From NCBI GenBank assembly GCA_905178155.1, contig CAJINV010000005.1, forward strand, positions 2,420,054-2,484,053: 64,000 nucleotides of DNA. Direction: 5' to 3'. This DNA comes from Amoebophrya sp. A120 (taxonomy: Eukaryota; Protista; Dinoflagellata). A program made the position numbers and the translations under genes. This document shows positions 24,301-39,300 of the stretch, piece by piece (within the stretch, counting starts at the first letter, position 1; each line of letters starts with the position of its first letter). The notes below the pieces were generated by a model that worked only from the letters and a program-made list of their open reading frames with translations, made no database searches and had not been told where the DNA came from.

Positions 24301-27300
24301 ACAATTTGGAATGCGATTTCTACTAGTACGATGTTTTTGCGATGCATAAGGTTGGCTTAGCGGATCAAGATGACGAAGCCGCGACCATGGCGATCCAGAA
24401 TGTCTTCTGCCCAGGGGATCCGGGGTACTTTCTGGCGGAGGAAAGTCGGGAGTGGACTGGTATAGTTTTTAGAGCGTACGTAAGGTTTTGTTTTGTTGTT
24501 CTCGTTTTGAAGATTTTTTTCAAAACACTCTCGAACTTCTCGATGGACGCAGATCCAATCGCACCTCAATCATGCTACTTCTTCTTTAAAAGCAGTTGCA
24601 GGCATTTACGTTTTTTCCAACGCACAGGTTTCGACGATCCAGCTTTCGACACATCAGTTGCATCCTCCGACGCGCTGCTCCAGCCGGCGTATGGAAGATC
24701 TTTTGGCCTCACGAGCCTGGAAACTGAACGCCAAGCAAAGCAAGTCGTGTCCGTTGGGGAGACGCAGCTGCAAGTCCAGGTCGCTTTGGGTGGGAAAGCG
24801 GTCATTAACCCCAGTGGGGACGTGGATGACAATTTTCTCGTCAAAGTCGCCAACGGCTGCAAGCCGGACAAAGCGAAGCTGCAGGTCGGCATTGACACGA
24901 CGGTGTACCGAAACATTTCCAAAGACAACCCGGCACTGTTAAACACCACCATCAACGAGCCGGAAGTGGTCGATTACGGGTTTGACATCACGTCGGAAAA
25001 TCAAAATTATGGTGGAGCTGAAGGTGGTGTAGTTTATTCCGCTGGAGGGGGCAACAACCAGAGTGGCGCGACTAGCAACAGCAGCAGCAACTCGAATTCC
25101 AGTACCAGCGCTGGTGTTTTTGCGGACGACAACGTCACAGAGGAGGATGTAGAAGCGTTCTACAAGCAGCAAGAAGAGTACATGTCAGTGAACGTACCAA
25201 ATGTAAAAATGTCTGGGTCTGGAAAATTTGAACTTGTAATGCGTGTCATGCATTCCTGGAAAATCTGTGTTGCATGAGCAGCAAAACAGAGGCTTTCTTT
25301 GTCATGCGAAAACGCAATTTGTAATGCGTGCTAGGCATCAGCAGACCTCTCAAAAGCTTGTCATGCTTGGCTGCCATTGGAAGCGCTTCAATCATGCGCA
25401 ATTCAGCAACACAAGTTTCCAGACCCAGACATTTTTACATTTGATAGAACGTCACGGGCGACGATTTTCACGACGAAGTTGTCAGTTTCGATTTACTCGG
25501 CAATGGGTCGCAGAACGTCAGTTTCAACATCACGAAGATCACCCCTTTGCTCAAACTCGGGAAGCAACTTGCAAGCGGAGAGTCCAATAAGTGTGTGGTT
25601 AACGCGTTTAAGGATAATTCTGTCCTCGAAAAGCAGGGAATAGAAATCGACGAAAGTAGCGTGGATAAAAATCTGTTCCCAAAATCGCTTTTACCAAAAG
25701 TGTCCAACAAGATCAAGATCCGGGAAAAAGCGAAGTTCTCTATCGTCCAGCCCCCGGTCCGGTACTTCTTCAAGCTCTTCTGCGACCCGCCGAGCCGGAA
25801 TATCTCGGACCGGTTTAGATCGCAGATTTTCCCACCCGGCAAGTCAATTTTCGCGGACAAGAAACTCTTCGAGTCGCAGGAGGAAAAGTCCGCGTTTGAG
25901 ATGGGACAGAAATCCGAATACCACAATTTGCAAGAAATGGACGACATGCTTCTTGAATTTCCGAAGATGAGCAATTCCGTCGGGAAAGCATTTTTGAAAG
26001 CACTCGTCTCCACGACGCACGGGCGGGAATTGCTGAGGACTTGGATGCTGCAGATGGTGTACTTGGGGACAGAGAACAGCGAAAAATTGGTGGAGAAGAT
26101 GCAGAAGACTTTGATTGAATTGGAAATTCCAGACATCGAGGATTTCTTGAATCCAAAGACGTTGAAAACCGCATTCGGATTATACCTAGATCGACAAGTC
26201 CGGTCGACGTATTGCAATTACCTCGCTTTCGACGTGTTCCAGCCCCCGGGCGCGAAGTGGGCCGCGATGGCGGCCGCGGCGGCGAAGGATAAAAGTAAGG
26301 AAAAGCCTGTATTCAGAGGAAAAGTCCCCCCTCCCCATATCGAAAACGTATGTTTCCGAAAATTTGTCTTGCTGATTTGAGAGCACAAATCACGTCTGTC
26401 TTGCAAGAAGACAACTCCACAGGCTCTGCCGCATTATGCGGACGGTTTGTGATGCTGTTGGGCCTACAGCATAGGCGTTTCTCATGCTAAGTGCCTAGGC
26501 CAAAACCTCTCTACTCAGGCTTGGCAGGAGCCTGCAGTCCTCTACTGCAAGACACGCCTGATTTGTATACGCAAACCCAGCATCAGAAGCTTCCATTTGA
26601 TATGGGGAGGGGGGATTTTTCCTTTTGATAGCCGGAGTTCTCCTTCGACGTGACAGGGCAGAAACAACCGCTCATGAAGTTCAACGTGTCCACCATGGCG
26701 TGGGACTTGGCCAAGGAGTCACCCGTGGATCAGACCTTCATGGAGTGGCTGATTGAGTTGTTAACGGAAAAAGCGAACACTACCGAGTCGAATTTGTTTG
26801 CGGACATTTTACGGTTCGAGCCGGAAGGGAAAGACTTCGTGGTCGCGTGGAAGGACCGACTGCACTGGCAGTTGTTTCAGCAACCCTTTTTGCTACTCGA
26901 CATGCTGGTGGAAATGCTGTTAGACGACGCCTCCGGCCCGGCTGGGGAGGCGTTAGTGATGATGTTTGGGCACACCGCGAACGGGAAAAAGTTGTTACGG
27001 CAGTGGATGCTCGACCTGACCGGCGTGAACACAGACGACGCGGTCACACACGTGCTGAAGTTAACGCCGAAGGAATTGAAAAGGCTGGCGAAAGAGTACA
27101 ATTACAAATTGACGCATTTGAAGAAAATTGTCTCGCTTCTGCAGGTTCTGGCGACACCGGAAGTGGTTGTGAAGGAGGTGGGGAATGTTGGTGTGAAGGA
27201 TAATTTTTCATCGGGATCAACATCAAGTGCAGCGAACTTCGGAGAAGCCGGCACGTTGTTGCTGCAAACTGGGGAAAATGGCTTGTTTTCGTCATCGGCA

Positions 27301-30300
27301 GAGGACCGCGACGAGAGTAAGCCCAAGGAGGAAGCAGGTGTTTCTGACGCTAAGTCGCAAGACCAGCAATCCTCTTCCACGGGCATGTGGTGGCTGCGGA
27401 AATTACTGGAGCACGGGAGAGCGCTGATGGGCGGCGGTGGCGGTAGTGGGACAACTTCGAGCGGAGAAGCAGGGGCCGCTGCTTCAGCCCCTGGGCAATC
27501 TGTGTCGCTGCTGGACCTGCTAGGAGAAAACGACACAGCGACCGGAGATGAAACCGGAAACGGCACGGCGAATGCAACCAGCGAAGAACAAGCTGGTGAA
27601 CAAACTTCAGACGTCGAGAATAGCACAACCACCACTGTGCCCCCGTCCGGGAAAGAAAAGCCGCCTACTTACAACATCTCTGTACCGCTGCCGCAATCGA
27701 AAGCGAGTGCAAAAAACCCGCAAACTACGACGACCACAACAACTACGACGGTGTCGATCCCTTCAAAATGGCTAAAATTCAACATCACCGGCGCGATCCG
27801 TGATCCCGAGTACGTGCAGTCAGTTCTCCGCGCGCAGTTCGGGTTCGACACCCCGCACATCTACGGGTTGCCGATCGTCGGCAGGGACTTCTTGGTCGAG
27901 CTCGCCGCGAATTTGACGAAAAAGTACACGAGAAGGGCCAGGTCGTTTTTGAAAGAACTTACTTACCTACCCATCCGCGGCGTCGCGCACCCGCTGCCGG
28001 AGGCGAGAGTCTTTTTGGACAAGTGGGGCACGGAATTGCGGAAGATCTTCCTGAAGGACGGCCAGGAGTTCTTGACTCATTTGGTTCAGAACTTCACGAC
28101 CACCATCCCCTACCCCGAAGAGCCGGACTACAAGTTCGCGAACGAGGGGTGGGTTTTTTTAAACGTTTTCTCCCACACGGAGGCAGGCAAGTTGTTCATG
28201 CGGAAATGGACTTTGGATGTCGCGAGGGTGAATAGTTCTGGTGATAACGCGAAATTTTTGAACCACACGATGCAGGGGATTGTGTCTCCGGACTTTGACG
28301 AGTCATTTGATGAGATGATGGACTTGATGAAGCAAACGAACGGCGACACGGAACTGTTGATGAACATCTTACCAGATGAAATCGACGGCGTGAAGTTGGA
28401 ATGGTTTCACGGTGCAGCTGCGAACAAAACGGATAAAGAAGCCACTGCTGGTGGAGATGATGATGTTAAAAATGCGCAAAATTCTGATGAAGAAACGCTC
28501 GACCTCTCCTCACTAGAGAAGCGCAGCTCGTCGTCGCATATCAAAATCGAGTCGGATCCGAAGAAGCTTTTGGATTACTTGATGAGCGAGCCGGCGCGGC
28601 GAATCCGCGAGAAAAACCACATCCAGAAACCGAACCCTTCGTTAGCGACTGTTCGCCGCGTGACGATCAATTTGGACGGACTGCCGGACAAGGGAAAACT
28701 GCCCAAATCCGTGAAATTATTCACCTTCAACATCACGACGGGTCTCAAAGACCCGGAGAGGTTCCCGGAGTTCTCCGCGGCGAGGCGCAAACCGTGGCTG
28801 GCGTCTATGGAGTTTTCAAACCTTACATTCTCAACTGTTTACATGAATTTGCGATGCAAAAATAGCAAGAGAGAAAGCAGGAAGATTGCGCCTCTTGCAA
28901 TACAGGTTTGGCACAGAAGATTTGGATACCGTTTAGCCCTTCGGAAATTTGTCATGCGTAGCAACTTGACGGTGTAGTTGCTGCTGAGAGTTTTGCACGA
29001 CAAATCATGTAACAGTTGAGAGTGTAACATTTGAGAACGCCATAACTTCCAGACCAAGTTCCGCCGACATGACGTTGGATAGTCCCAAACTCCTAAAAGA
29101 ACCCAACCGAGCCCTCGCCGGGGCGGAGCTGTTTTCCTTGGCCGATTTGAAGAACGATCTGCTCCCCGAGGGGCAGTTTTTCCTGCGCGATTTCATCCAG
29201 AAATGCCTGGCCGTGACGTCGAACACGACGAGATTAGCAGCCAGATATTTCGTCCACCATCTCGGGAACACGGTGCACGGCGACCAGGTGTTGCGGACGT
29301 TCGCGAATTACCTGCAGTTCGCGCAAATTCTGGCAGAAAGAGCTTTAATCTTACGCGCGATGGCGCGGATCCGACACCAGATGCACGACATCATGTACAA
29401 GATCGCGACGCAGCTCGGGCAAAGCGAAACTGGGAAACAGTTCGTCGAATCGCTTTTCGAAGACGAGCAGGGACGAGAGTTCTTACATAACTGGATCACG
29501 GACGTTTTGGCTGGATCGAGAGAGGAAGGCGCGGCGATGCTGCGATGGTTGTTGGAAAAGATCCACACGAAGAAGGACGCGGATGCGGACGTGGGGGATT
29601 TGGAGCATTTGGAGGAGGAAGTTCTCGGGATTGACTCCGAGGTGGCACAGACCAACGACCAGAAGAGTCTGGGAAAAAAATCGCGGAACATGATCACCGA
29701 CATGTATGTGAATTTGACCCAACCGTTTGAAGTTCAGAAGAGGCCGAAGACGGAGTTCAACGTCACGCCGGCTGTCATCCCTGCCATGACAAGCGATATC
29801 AACGTCCCCTTGGAGCTATGCATTGCAAAACTATCGTACTAGTATGAATTGGATTACAAATTTGCTCTAGAACAAAAACGCAGTTTGTCATGCTATATCA
29901 GGTAAAAAGTTTAGATTTTTGATGCATGACTGCAATTAGTACGAGTACGATACTTTTGCATTGGATAGGAGCCGGGCGATGGGGTTTTGGTGACCGTTGA
30001 CGCGGCGTTGAAAATCCCAGAGGGGGAGAGTTGCGACGAGTTGCTGAAGTCCCTACAGGAGCAAGCGGATGCGTTAGCCGCGGAGGTGAAGGAAACGGCG
30101 GGAGACGGGGTCGAATCGGTCAAAGCGGAGGTTCTAGGGGTGTACTGCGAGGGGGATGTGATCGTGAAGAAGACGAACGGCACCACGACAGCTGGAGAAG
30201 TCGGAAATGACACGATTGTCAACGCGACTACATCAGATTCCGAGGACAGCCTGCTGCTCGGAGCAGCGAGGCACATGTTCAAGGCGAGCTTGGACCAGCA

Positions 30301-33300
30301 TGAGGATCCGAATCTTGGCGCGGGCTCAGCGTCCTTACTCCGCAGACGTCGGGACGACGGTGACAGTTCGGGTGACCAGGCGAACGGGCAACTCGCGTTC
30401 AGCTTCACCAGTGCGAATGGCTCTTCCACGACGGCCTCAGACATGGAGCACGCAGTGCAGGAAGATATCGAGAACTCCAACGCTTTGTCCTCTATCGGAG
30501 TGACAGTGCAAAACACGTCGGTCACCGTCGTCGACATCCAGCTGCACTTCGACTTGTCGGGATTACCACCCTTTCCAGCGAGAAAAATCAAAGTGGGGAT
30601 CAAGCCGAAATCCAGGCAGAACAAGGTGAAAATCAACCCGCGAAGGCAGTACGACGGGGGGGATTTCGCAATTACGCCAGAGGAAAAAGACGCTGGCAGT
30701 TTGAAAATTCTGCCTAAGGAGCAGAAAATCAATGCGGAAATCGTGCCCCAATCAATCGACCGGCAAGTCGCCATCACCGGCTCTTCGACCGACACGCGAC
30801 TCGGTTTCACGCCGAAAAAGCAGGACGCGGGGGACTTTTCAATCGGCCCGGGAAGCTTTGACATCGACGCCAAGGTTTTGCCCGGGAAATCCGAGCCGAT
30901 CATCGCGAATCTGACCGGGGAAACGGCAAAAGTGAGCGTTCCTCTCACCCCTGGTACATCAGCCCCCGTCACAGCGGACATCGTTCCGGGGACTCTGGAC
31001 GCGGGCGACTTCGTTTTGACGCCTGATGGGCCGAAGTTGAGGATCAACGCGACGAGCAGAACGTCTGACCCGATGAAAGCGAATTTCACGCGGAATGTTT
31101 TCGTCACGGGGTTGAACATCACGGCCGGGACGTCCAACCCCGCGATCATGAAAATCACGGCGGATGAAATGGAGCAGGGGTTTAAAGTTTTAGCGGACGG
31201 GACTATGACAGTGCACAACTCCCACTCCCCCTCATTTGTATAGCATGAACGGCAATACAAGCATCAGCAAGAGTGCCGGTCTTGCATGACAGATTTACAC
31301 TGGAGTGTAGTGCTATTTGGGCTACCAGAACTTGTCATGCAAACAGTGCCAAGAGGCACAGCTTGGATTTGAAGTTTTGCATTACAAATGAAGGGGAGGG
31401 GGAGTTGTGCACTCTATAGGGACCAAGATCAAACTAGAAGCGAACGCGGACGTCAGTGACCCGATCACCGCGAATTTGACAGCGAACAAGACAGCAACAA
31501 ACCTGAACGCGACCCACGGGCCGAGCTCGGCCGCAGAATACGTCACCGCGGGAATCTTAGCGGGGTCGGAGTCCAGCGGCTTCCGTGTGGTCCCGGTGAA
31601 TCAGCCGTCGATCAAGATCGACGCAATACCAACGAAGTTGCCACCTTTCTTCACAAATATCACCGAGGGGTCGCAAAACGTGAGTTTGAACGCGACCCAC
31701 GGGCCGGCGGATGCTGGGGAGTTCTGGAAAACGGAAATTCTCGCGGGGAAGAAAGACAGTGGATTTCAACTGTTACCCAACGGGACAAAAGTTCAGGTTT
31801 CTGCGCTGCCAAGTAAAATGCCCGCGATCACAACCGGGATTCTCCCCGGGACCGAGTCCGCGACGGTAAACGCGGTGCACGGGCCGGTGGCGGGGAAGGA
31901 ACTCGTGAAAGCGGACATCATTGCAGGAACGAGTGGATCTAAAATGAATGTCCTCCCCGGAGGGGAAAACATCACGGTGAAAGCGGTTCCGGGACAATCT
32001 CCGCCGATCAACGCGGCGGTTACCCCGGGAACAGAAACGATGAAGCTCAAAGCCGTGCACGGCCCGTCTTCCGCTGGAGACGTGCTGAAAACAAACGTCA
32101 CAGCGGGAACGAAGGTTCTGGTCAGCGGTGGTGGCGGTAAAAATTCTGGGGATGGTGAGTTGATGAACCCGGGAGATATTAAACAAGGCGAAGATGTTGA
32201 TCCTGCAAGTGTTTTCTTCAAGAAGCACCAGGGCGGCGAAGAACAAGATCCGCTTGGCGCGGAAAGCGGTTTTAGGATCACTCCGGACGGTATAAATTGC
32301 AAAAATGTCTGGGTCTGGAAGATTGCTGAGGTTTGTCATGCTGTGGCTGTTTGACACAGAAGGTGTGCCATGCAAGGCCTCGCGTCGCAGGTTTTGAGAC
32401 GGTTTCCCAATGCCTAATCCGCATGACAAACACCTTCTTTCGGCGACAGGACAAAGAGCTCCTTTTGCTATCCAAGCATGGCAGATTTTTGTGTGATCTA
32501 AGTACGCATCACAAGTTCGCATCCTTCCAGACCCAGATACTTTTGCATTTGATAGACGGCACCAAAGTGTTCTTCAATGCCACCGCGAAGTCCTTCCAAC
32601 CGGTCACGACGGAAATTACCGAGGGGACTCAAAATTTCTCCATGGACGCAACCCACGGCCCGGTTCCCGGGAAAGAACTTGTGAAGACGCAAATCACCGA
32701 AGGAGTAAAAGAGATCAACGTGACGGCGAAAGCGGGGAAAGTCGCGGATTTGTACGTCAATGCCACCGCGGATTCTACCAAAGTCAAGCTCGATACCACG
32801 CCGACAACCTATGACAAGCAAACGGTGGAAGTGAATCAACCCTGGTCGAAGACGATTCAGATCCAACCGCGGTCGGAGCAGTACAAGTTCAACATCCCGG
32901 GCACGTCGGTGACTTATCCAAACATATCGATCTCTGCCGCGAATTCGACCAGGCAGTTTGAACTGACGGGAGATTCTGTCACGACGAAAACCAGGTTGGA
33001 GACTTCTGAGGAAAAAACACAATTCAATTTGAAAGCGGAGAAGAAACAATTCAACTTCAACATCGAGTCCGATCCAGCTCTGTCCCCGAAGTTACGAGTG
33101 GACGTTCTGCCTTTATCCAAAACCGTCGCTTCGGAGTTATGGCGTTCTCAAACGTTACGCTCTCAACTGTTACATGATTTGCCATGCACAATTACCATGA
33201 GCCACGGCCACCAGGCGATCAAGCTACGTCGCATGACAAATTCCCGAAGGGCTAAGCAGCGCCTAAAGCTGTGCCAAATTTGTGATGCGAGAGCTGCAAG

Positions 33301-36300
33301 CTTGTCCCTTTGTTCACTGTTGCGGTTCTTGCATCAGAAATCCATGTAACAGTTGAGAATGCAACAGCTGAGAACGCCATAGGAGTTGAAAGGGGAGACC
33401 ACGACGGAGAAATTACAAATTGCCCCCGCGGAGAAACAATTGTCCGTCGGCGTGGAATATCAACTGCAAAAATGTCTGGGTCTGGAAACTTGTAATGCTG
33501 CGCTGGGAATAGTGAATGCTCTGTATCTGTAATGCACAGCCAAGCATGTTGAGAAATATCTGCCCTTTTTTGTGTTGCGTTTTTCGCATGACAAACTGCG
33601 TTTTTCCATGACAGGCAAAAGGGTCTCTTCTGGGACACGCATCACAAACTTTTTGGCCATGCCAGACAAACATGACAAATCTCGCAATCTTCCAGACCCA
33701 GACATTTTTGCATTTGATATGGAAGGCGGCAAGAGACTGGAAGTGAAAATCACACCAGACAACGAGCAAGGTGGTGCACAAACACCCTCGAGAGTGAAGT
33801 TCCAAGTCTTACCCGCCGTGAGTGAGCAAGTTCCAGTCACTTTGACCGCGGAGGGTAGAGGGACGACGAAGTTTTCCCTCACGCCGCAAAAGATGCCGAG
33901 TGATTTCGTGTTCAAAATCACCAGGGGGACGAAAAAACTGTCGTTTGACTTGAAGGACAAGCACGCGGACACGACTTTTGAGGTCAAAGTAAAGCCGTTG
34001 GAGAACGAATTTTCTCTGTCCATCACGGGGATGCCGATCGCGCAGGGGTCGGAGGTCATTGTCAAATCGGTGATGGCACTGGTGAAGCCGGAGGGCATGA
34101 CCTGCGACCAGTTGGAGGCGAGTCTGAGAAACGAGGAAACCATGGACCAATTCGCCTCCGACGTGCAGCAGGCGGCGCTGAAAGCGGGGTCGCGGATCGA
34201 CGTCGTGGCGGAAATAGCGTTGAAAACTTGCAAAGATGAGTCGGTGCAGGATTTGGGTGCGATTGCTTTGCTTTCGAGGGCGGGAAGTTACTTGATGAGC
34301 GGGCTTGTTCAAGAAGGCCAAGCTGGTGCGCAAGAACAACGACATCAAAGTCTTCTAGGTGGAACTAGTGAAAGCGAAGAGATGAACCACGATAAGCAAA
34401 GTAAATCTAAGTCCTACCAAGACCCCGGAGAAGAGGGTACCACCACCGCAGAATTTGACTACTACATCGTGCCCGCGACGGACGACGCGGTGGTGACCAC
34501 GGAAGGTCTCGAAACCGCGGTGAAAGCTGGGTCGGAGGCTGGTGATATCAAATGCAAAAATGTCTGGGTCTGGAAGATTCCGAGACTTGCCATGCTAGTC
34601 TGGTATGACTCTGAGATCTGTATTGCGTGGCCGCGAAGAGCTCCTCTTGCCTGTCATGCAAAAATGCAGTTTCTCATGCGGCGTACGCAACTCAGAACCA
34701 CGGAAAAACTTGGCATGCTGTGCTGCGCATTTCAGTGTGCTCACTATACTCTTTCTTGCATCACAAATTTCCGGACCCAGACGTATCTGCATTTGATAGG
34801 TGAGGGCTTGCAGCAACTCGGCGTGTTGTCCGGAGAACAGCTCGGGTCGGAATTGGTGTTGAAACCGCCGTATCCTGTGCAAAAGTATCGTACTAGTAGT
34901 AATCGCAGTCATGCGTTACAAATTCTCTTCTTTAGGTAAACCAGCATTAGAAATTTTATTTCTCACGGTGAGAAAATTTGTAATGCGATTTATACTAGTA
35001 CGACTACGATGCTTTTGCACAGGATACGCCTCGAGATCCTGCGGAAGAGGAGGAAAAGGATTGGACCAATCATCTTGGCAGAAAGTTGTCCTGCAAGAAA
35101 GCTCTGCGAGAGGCCCGGAAGAACACGCCGATAAAAGACATGAGCAAAGTTGTTACTGTGCCGCAAAAACCCCCGACGGGAGGAGGTGAGCTGCAAACAG
35201 CGCCGTTTTTGACAGATGCGGAGAAAAAATTGTTATCTGAAAAGATCAAAGCCGCGGTGGCGGCGAGTCAGCAAGAACAATTGATCAAGGAAATGAAGAA
35301 AGACCTGCAAAACCAAGACTCCGTCGTTGGAAAGGCGTTTTCAAAGTGGAAAGCGGCTGGCGGCGATGTGTCAGTTGAGGGGAAAACGCTGTTCCTGCAG
35401 CGGATGGTCGAGATGAAGCGCCACAGCCGTGGCAGTCGTGTTTTCTCCGATGAGGACATGACTTTCTCTTTCACCCCGCCGCTGCGCACGGCTGTTGGAA
35501 CGCTGATTACGTTTGAAGAGGTGCCGGATGAAAGGGATTTGAGCGGTTCTGCAGGTAGGGATTTAAGCGTCGATTCTACTGCCAGCCCCGATAGTACTCA
35601 AAAAGACGACGAGCTCTCTATGCAGCAGCGGAAACAGCAGCAACTGCAATACCTCGAGTCGCAACAGGAAAGCAGGGAGACGGTGGTGCAAAAAGTGGGG
35701 AACTTGCACCTAGAAAAGCAACTCGAAGCCGAATTACAAGATCGGATGCAGATTTTCAGTGATTGCATGCAGCTGGAGATGCAACTGGCATCCGTTCCTA
35801 ATTCGAAAGAAGTACAGGGGGATGAAAATAAACCTGCGGGTGGAAAAGGAAAACAAGATCAAGAAAAAGACCCGTCTAGTACTTCATCTTCGCCATTATC
35901 CTCACTCTCCAGCATGGCTGATTTCCTCCTTTCCACACTGGAAACCAGAAATAGGGCGACTTCAACCGACGATGGCACGACCGGAGATAATACAACTACA
36001 ACCGAAGGAGAGGAACAAATCGGCACCACCCCTACTGACGAGGAAACCAAGGCCTCGGCTTTCCAACCTGGAGCAGAGACCACTACCCCCGAACCGCCGC
36101 CGACCACATTAGGTCCCAAGTCCACCAAGACCTTCAACGTCGCGGTGACGCAGCCGGACCGATTTTATTCCCTGAAAGTCCCCACCGGACCGAAGAAGCA
36201 CCACAAGGACTTCATCATCCCGATGCCGAAGGAAGTCACAGAAATCCGGTTTTTCAACGTGACAGCGAACAACTTCTCCAATAACACGCTGAGAATCACC

Positions 36301-39300
36301 CCCGGGCAGTTCAAGCACGCGATCGACATCGACACGAGCTACCTGGTATCAAGTGCAAATATGTCTGGGTCTGGAAGATTCCGAGGTTTGTGATGCAGTT
36401 TATCCAAGCTCCACCAAGTCTGCAATGCAGGGTCTAGCATCACAGGATCTGCAGCCCCTTGGTGATGCCTGTTCTGCATGACAAATGCCCTCTCAGCATG
36501 GCCAGAAATGGGCACCTTTTGCAAGTCGCGCAACACAGATTTTTGTACGATCCGCAACATGCATCACAAGTTCGAAACCTTCCAGGCCCAGACATATTTG
36601 CAATGCATACCTAGATATGGATGACGTGATCAAGAAGTTGTTCACCAAAATCTACTATCAACTGCAAAAATGTCTGGGTCTGGAAACTTGTGATGCTGGG
36701 TGGCGTATCACGATGAGGCTACGAATGCTGGCTCAGCATGACAAGTTTCTGAGCTCCCAGGTGTTGTATATTCTGCATGACAAACTGCGCTTTTGCATCA
36801 CAGAAAAACGGAGCTCTTGGGTAACGTGCATGACAGATTTAAGAGTCATGCCAGACAAGCATGACAAGCATGAATTTTTCCAGACCCAGAATTTTTTGCA
36901 TTTCATATCTACGCAAAAACCATGGACGCCGGGGTTTTCAATTTGACGAAGAAAGTCGAAGCGACGATGGAAACGGTTTTTTCGCCCGAGTCTTTTGACT
37001 TTGTCACAAATCTCACCGACGTTTTCGGCTACCGGATCAAGGTCCAGGTGGCGGGGATTTTGAATAAGGTGGACAAGCAGCCACTGAAATTCAAGATTCT
37101 GGACAAATCTTCGTTCTACGGGACTCAATCCCACAAATTCAAAATCACGCCTGTGAATCAGAAGCAAGACTTCAACGTCACGACGCACATTTGGAGTGGG
37201 AAGAAATCCTTCGACACGAACGTGACCACGAATATCTTCAACGGGAACAAAAGTTTTGACGTCAACGTGACACTATGGATTGCAAAAATGTCTGGGTTTG
37301 GAAGAGTCGGGACTTGTCATGCACATTTTGCATGACCCGTGAGGTCTGTGATGCTGGTGCTAGCGCCACAGATTTTTTGAGAGCTTCTTGATGCTAATTA
37401 CGCATGAGAAATTCCCTCTCCGCGTGCCAAGAACTGACTCCTCTTGCTGCTCATGCAACACAGATATTTTTAGAATCCGCAGACAGCATTACAAGTTGCA
37501 TTCTTCCAGACCCAGACATTTTTACATTTGATAGACACCGTATTACGATGATACGTTCACCGGGACGAAGGAGATGGATTTCAACGTGAATGGGTCTCAC
37601 AAGTACGGGTTCGGCGTCTACCCGGATGGGGGAGGGCCGCGGCCAGATGACGATAGCTACTTCGGGTTCGGGTTCGGCGGGGATAGCGCGGAGGGGGAGA
37701 GAAGGCTGGGGAAATTCTGCAAGAAGCTCTCCTTCGACATTGGCGGGGATTTGACGAAGCAAAAGCACGAGTTCGCAATCCAGTTCCCACAGAGAACAAC
37801 CCTGAAAACGCAGTTAACGCCCACCACGAAGACGTTTTTGATCCCGCCAATCATCCCCGCACACCGGTCCGCCAAAGTCGGGGATGAGATCGAATTGGTA
37901 GTCCGAGCGACGTTGCTGGTTCCGACAAGCGAGGAGTGTTCGGAGTTCGGGAAAAGGGTAAAGAAACTCTTGCCGGAGATCTCCGAGAAAATCCAAGCAG
38001 CCGTCGATTTCGGCACGGACACCGGGGAGTTCCGGATCGCGGGGGACGTCACGACTCTGTGTCCCAGCAGTATCGTAGGAAAAAAGTGTTTGCGTTACAG
38101 TTACACACATAGTATATGCAGGCCAAGCACTACAGAGAAGCTCTGTCATGCCGGATATGCATATGAGCCTTGCTTCCTACTCCTACAGGTTTTCCCATAG
38201 GATTTCTGCATTGCAAGCTTTCTCTCTCATGCAGAGACATTTGTGTTGCTGAATTGACAACAAATGTGTAACTGTCTAACACTTTTTTCCTTCGATAAGT
38301 AGCTTCGCGAATCTGTTGGAGATCCACTCGAGAGCAACATCTACTTCGGGAGCCGCGTATCAACTGTAAAAATGTCTGGGTCTGGGAACTTGTGATGCTG
38401 GGTGGCGTCTCATGATGAGGCTACAAATGCTGGCGCAGCGTGACAAGTTTCTGAGCTCCTAGGTGTTGCCTATTCTGCATGACAAACTGCGCTTCTGCAT
38501 CACAGAAAAGCGGAGCTCTTGGGTAACGTGCATGACAGATTTAAGAGTCATGCCAGACAAGCATGACAAACGTGAATTCTTCCAGACCCAGACACTTTTA
38601 CATTTGATACCGCGGCAGCATCTAGTGCTTCGGGAGGAGGAGGAGGAGGCTCATCATCTTCTGCCGTTATTTCTACTTCGGAGAAGAACGAAAATGTTGA
38701 GAAAGAACCCGAAACCCTGATCGCCGAGTACACCTTTACGGCGAATCCGGGCGAAAACGCGAAGGCGGCTGGGACGGAATTCTCTACGGTCGATTTGGAA
38801 AATTCCGTGAAGTCTGGGTTCCAGAACGCGAAGACTTTTGAAGAGGACTTGGGGACGACGATCACCAGCATGGAAGTCTCCGCTAAAGTTCACTATCAAA
38901 TAATGCAAATATGTCTGGGTCTGGAAACTTGTGATGCAAGAAAGGGAATAGTGAACTCACTATAATGCGCTGCCAAGCATGACAAGTTTTTTCCATGGTT
39001 CTGAGTTGCGTACTCCGCATGAGAAACTGCGGTTTTGCATGACAGGGAGGCGGAGCTCTTCGCGGCCATGCAACACAGATTCCCGAGTCATGCCAGACAA
39101 GCATGACAAACTTGCATTCTTGCAGACCCAGACATTTTTACATTTGATATTCACTCCCAAGAGACGAAAGTTCGCGAGGAGCTTTCCGTTTCCATCACGG
39201 GGGACAATTTGTTCCCAACGACAGCTGCACCTCCGCCGGTCGTGGTGGAACAGACGAACGGAACCACTCCTGCGCCACTGGACACTGATTCGCAGAAAAT

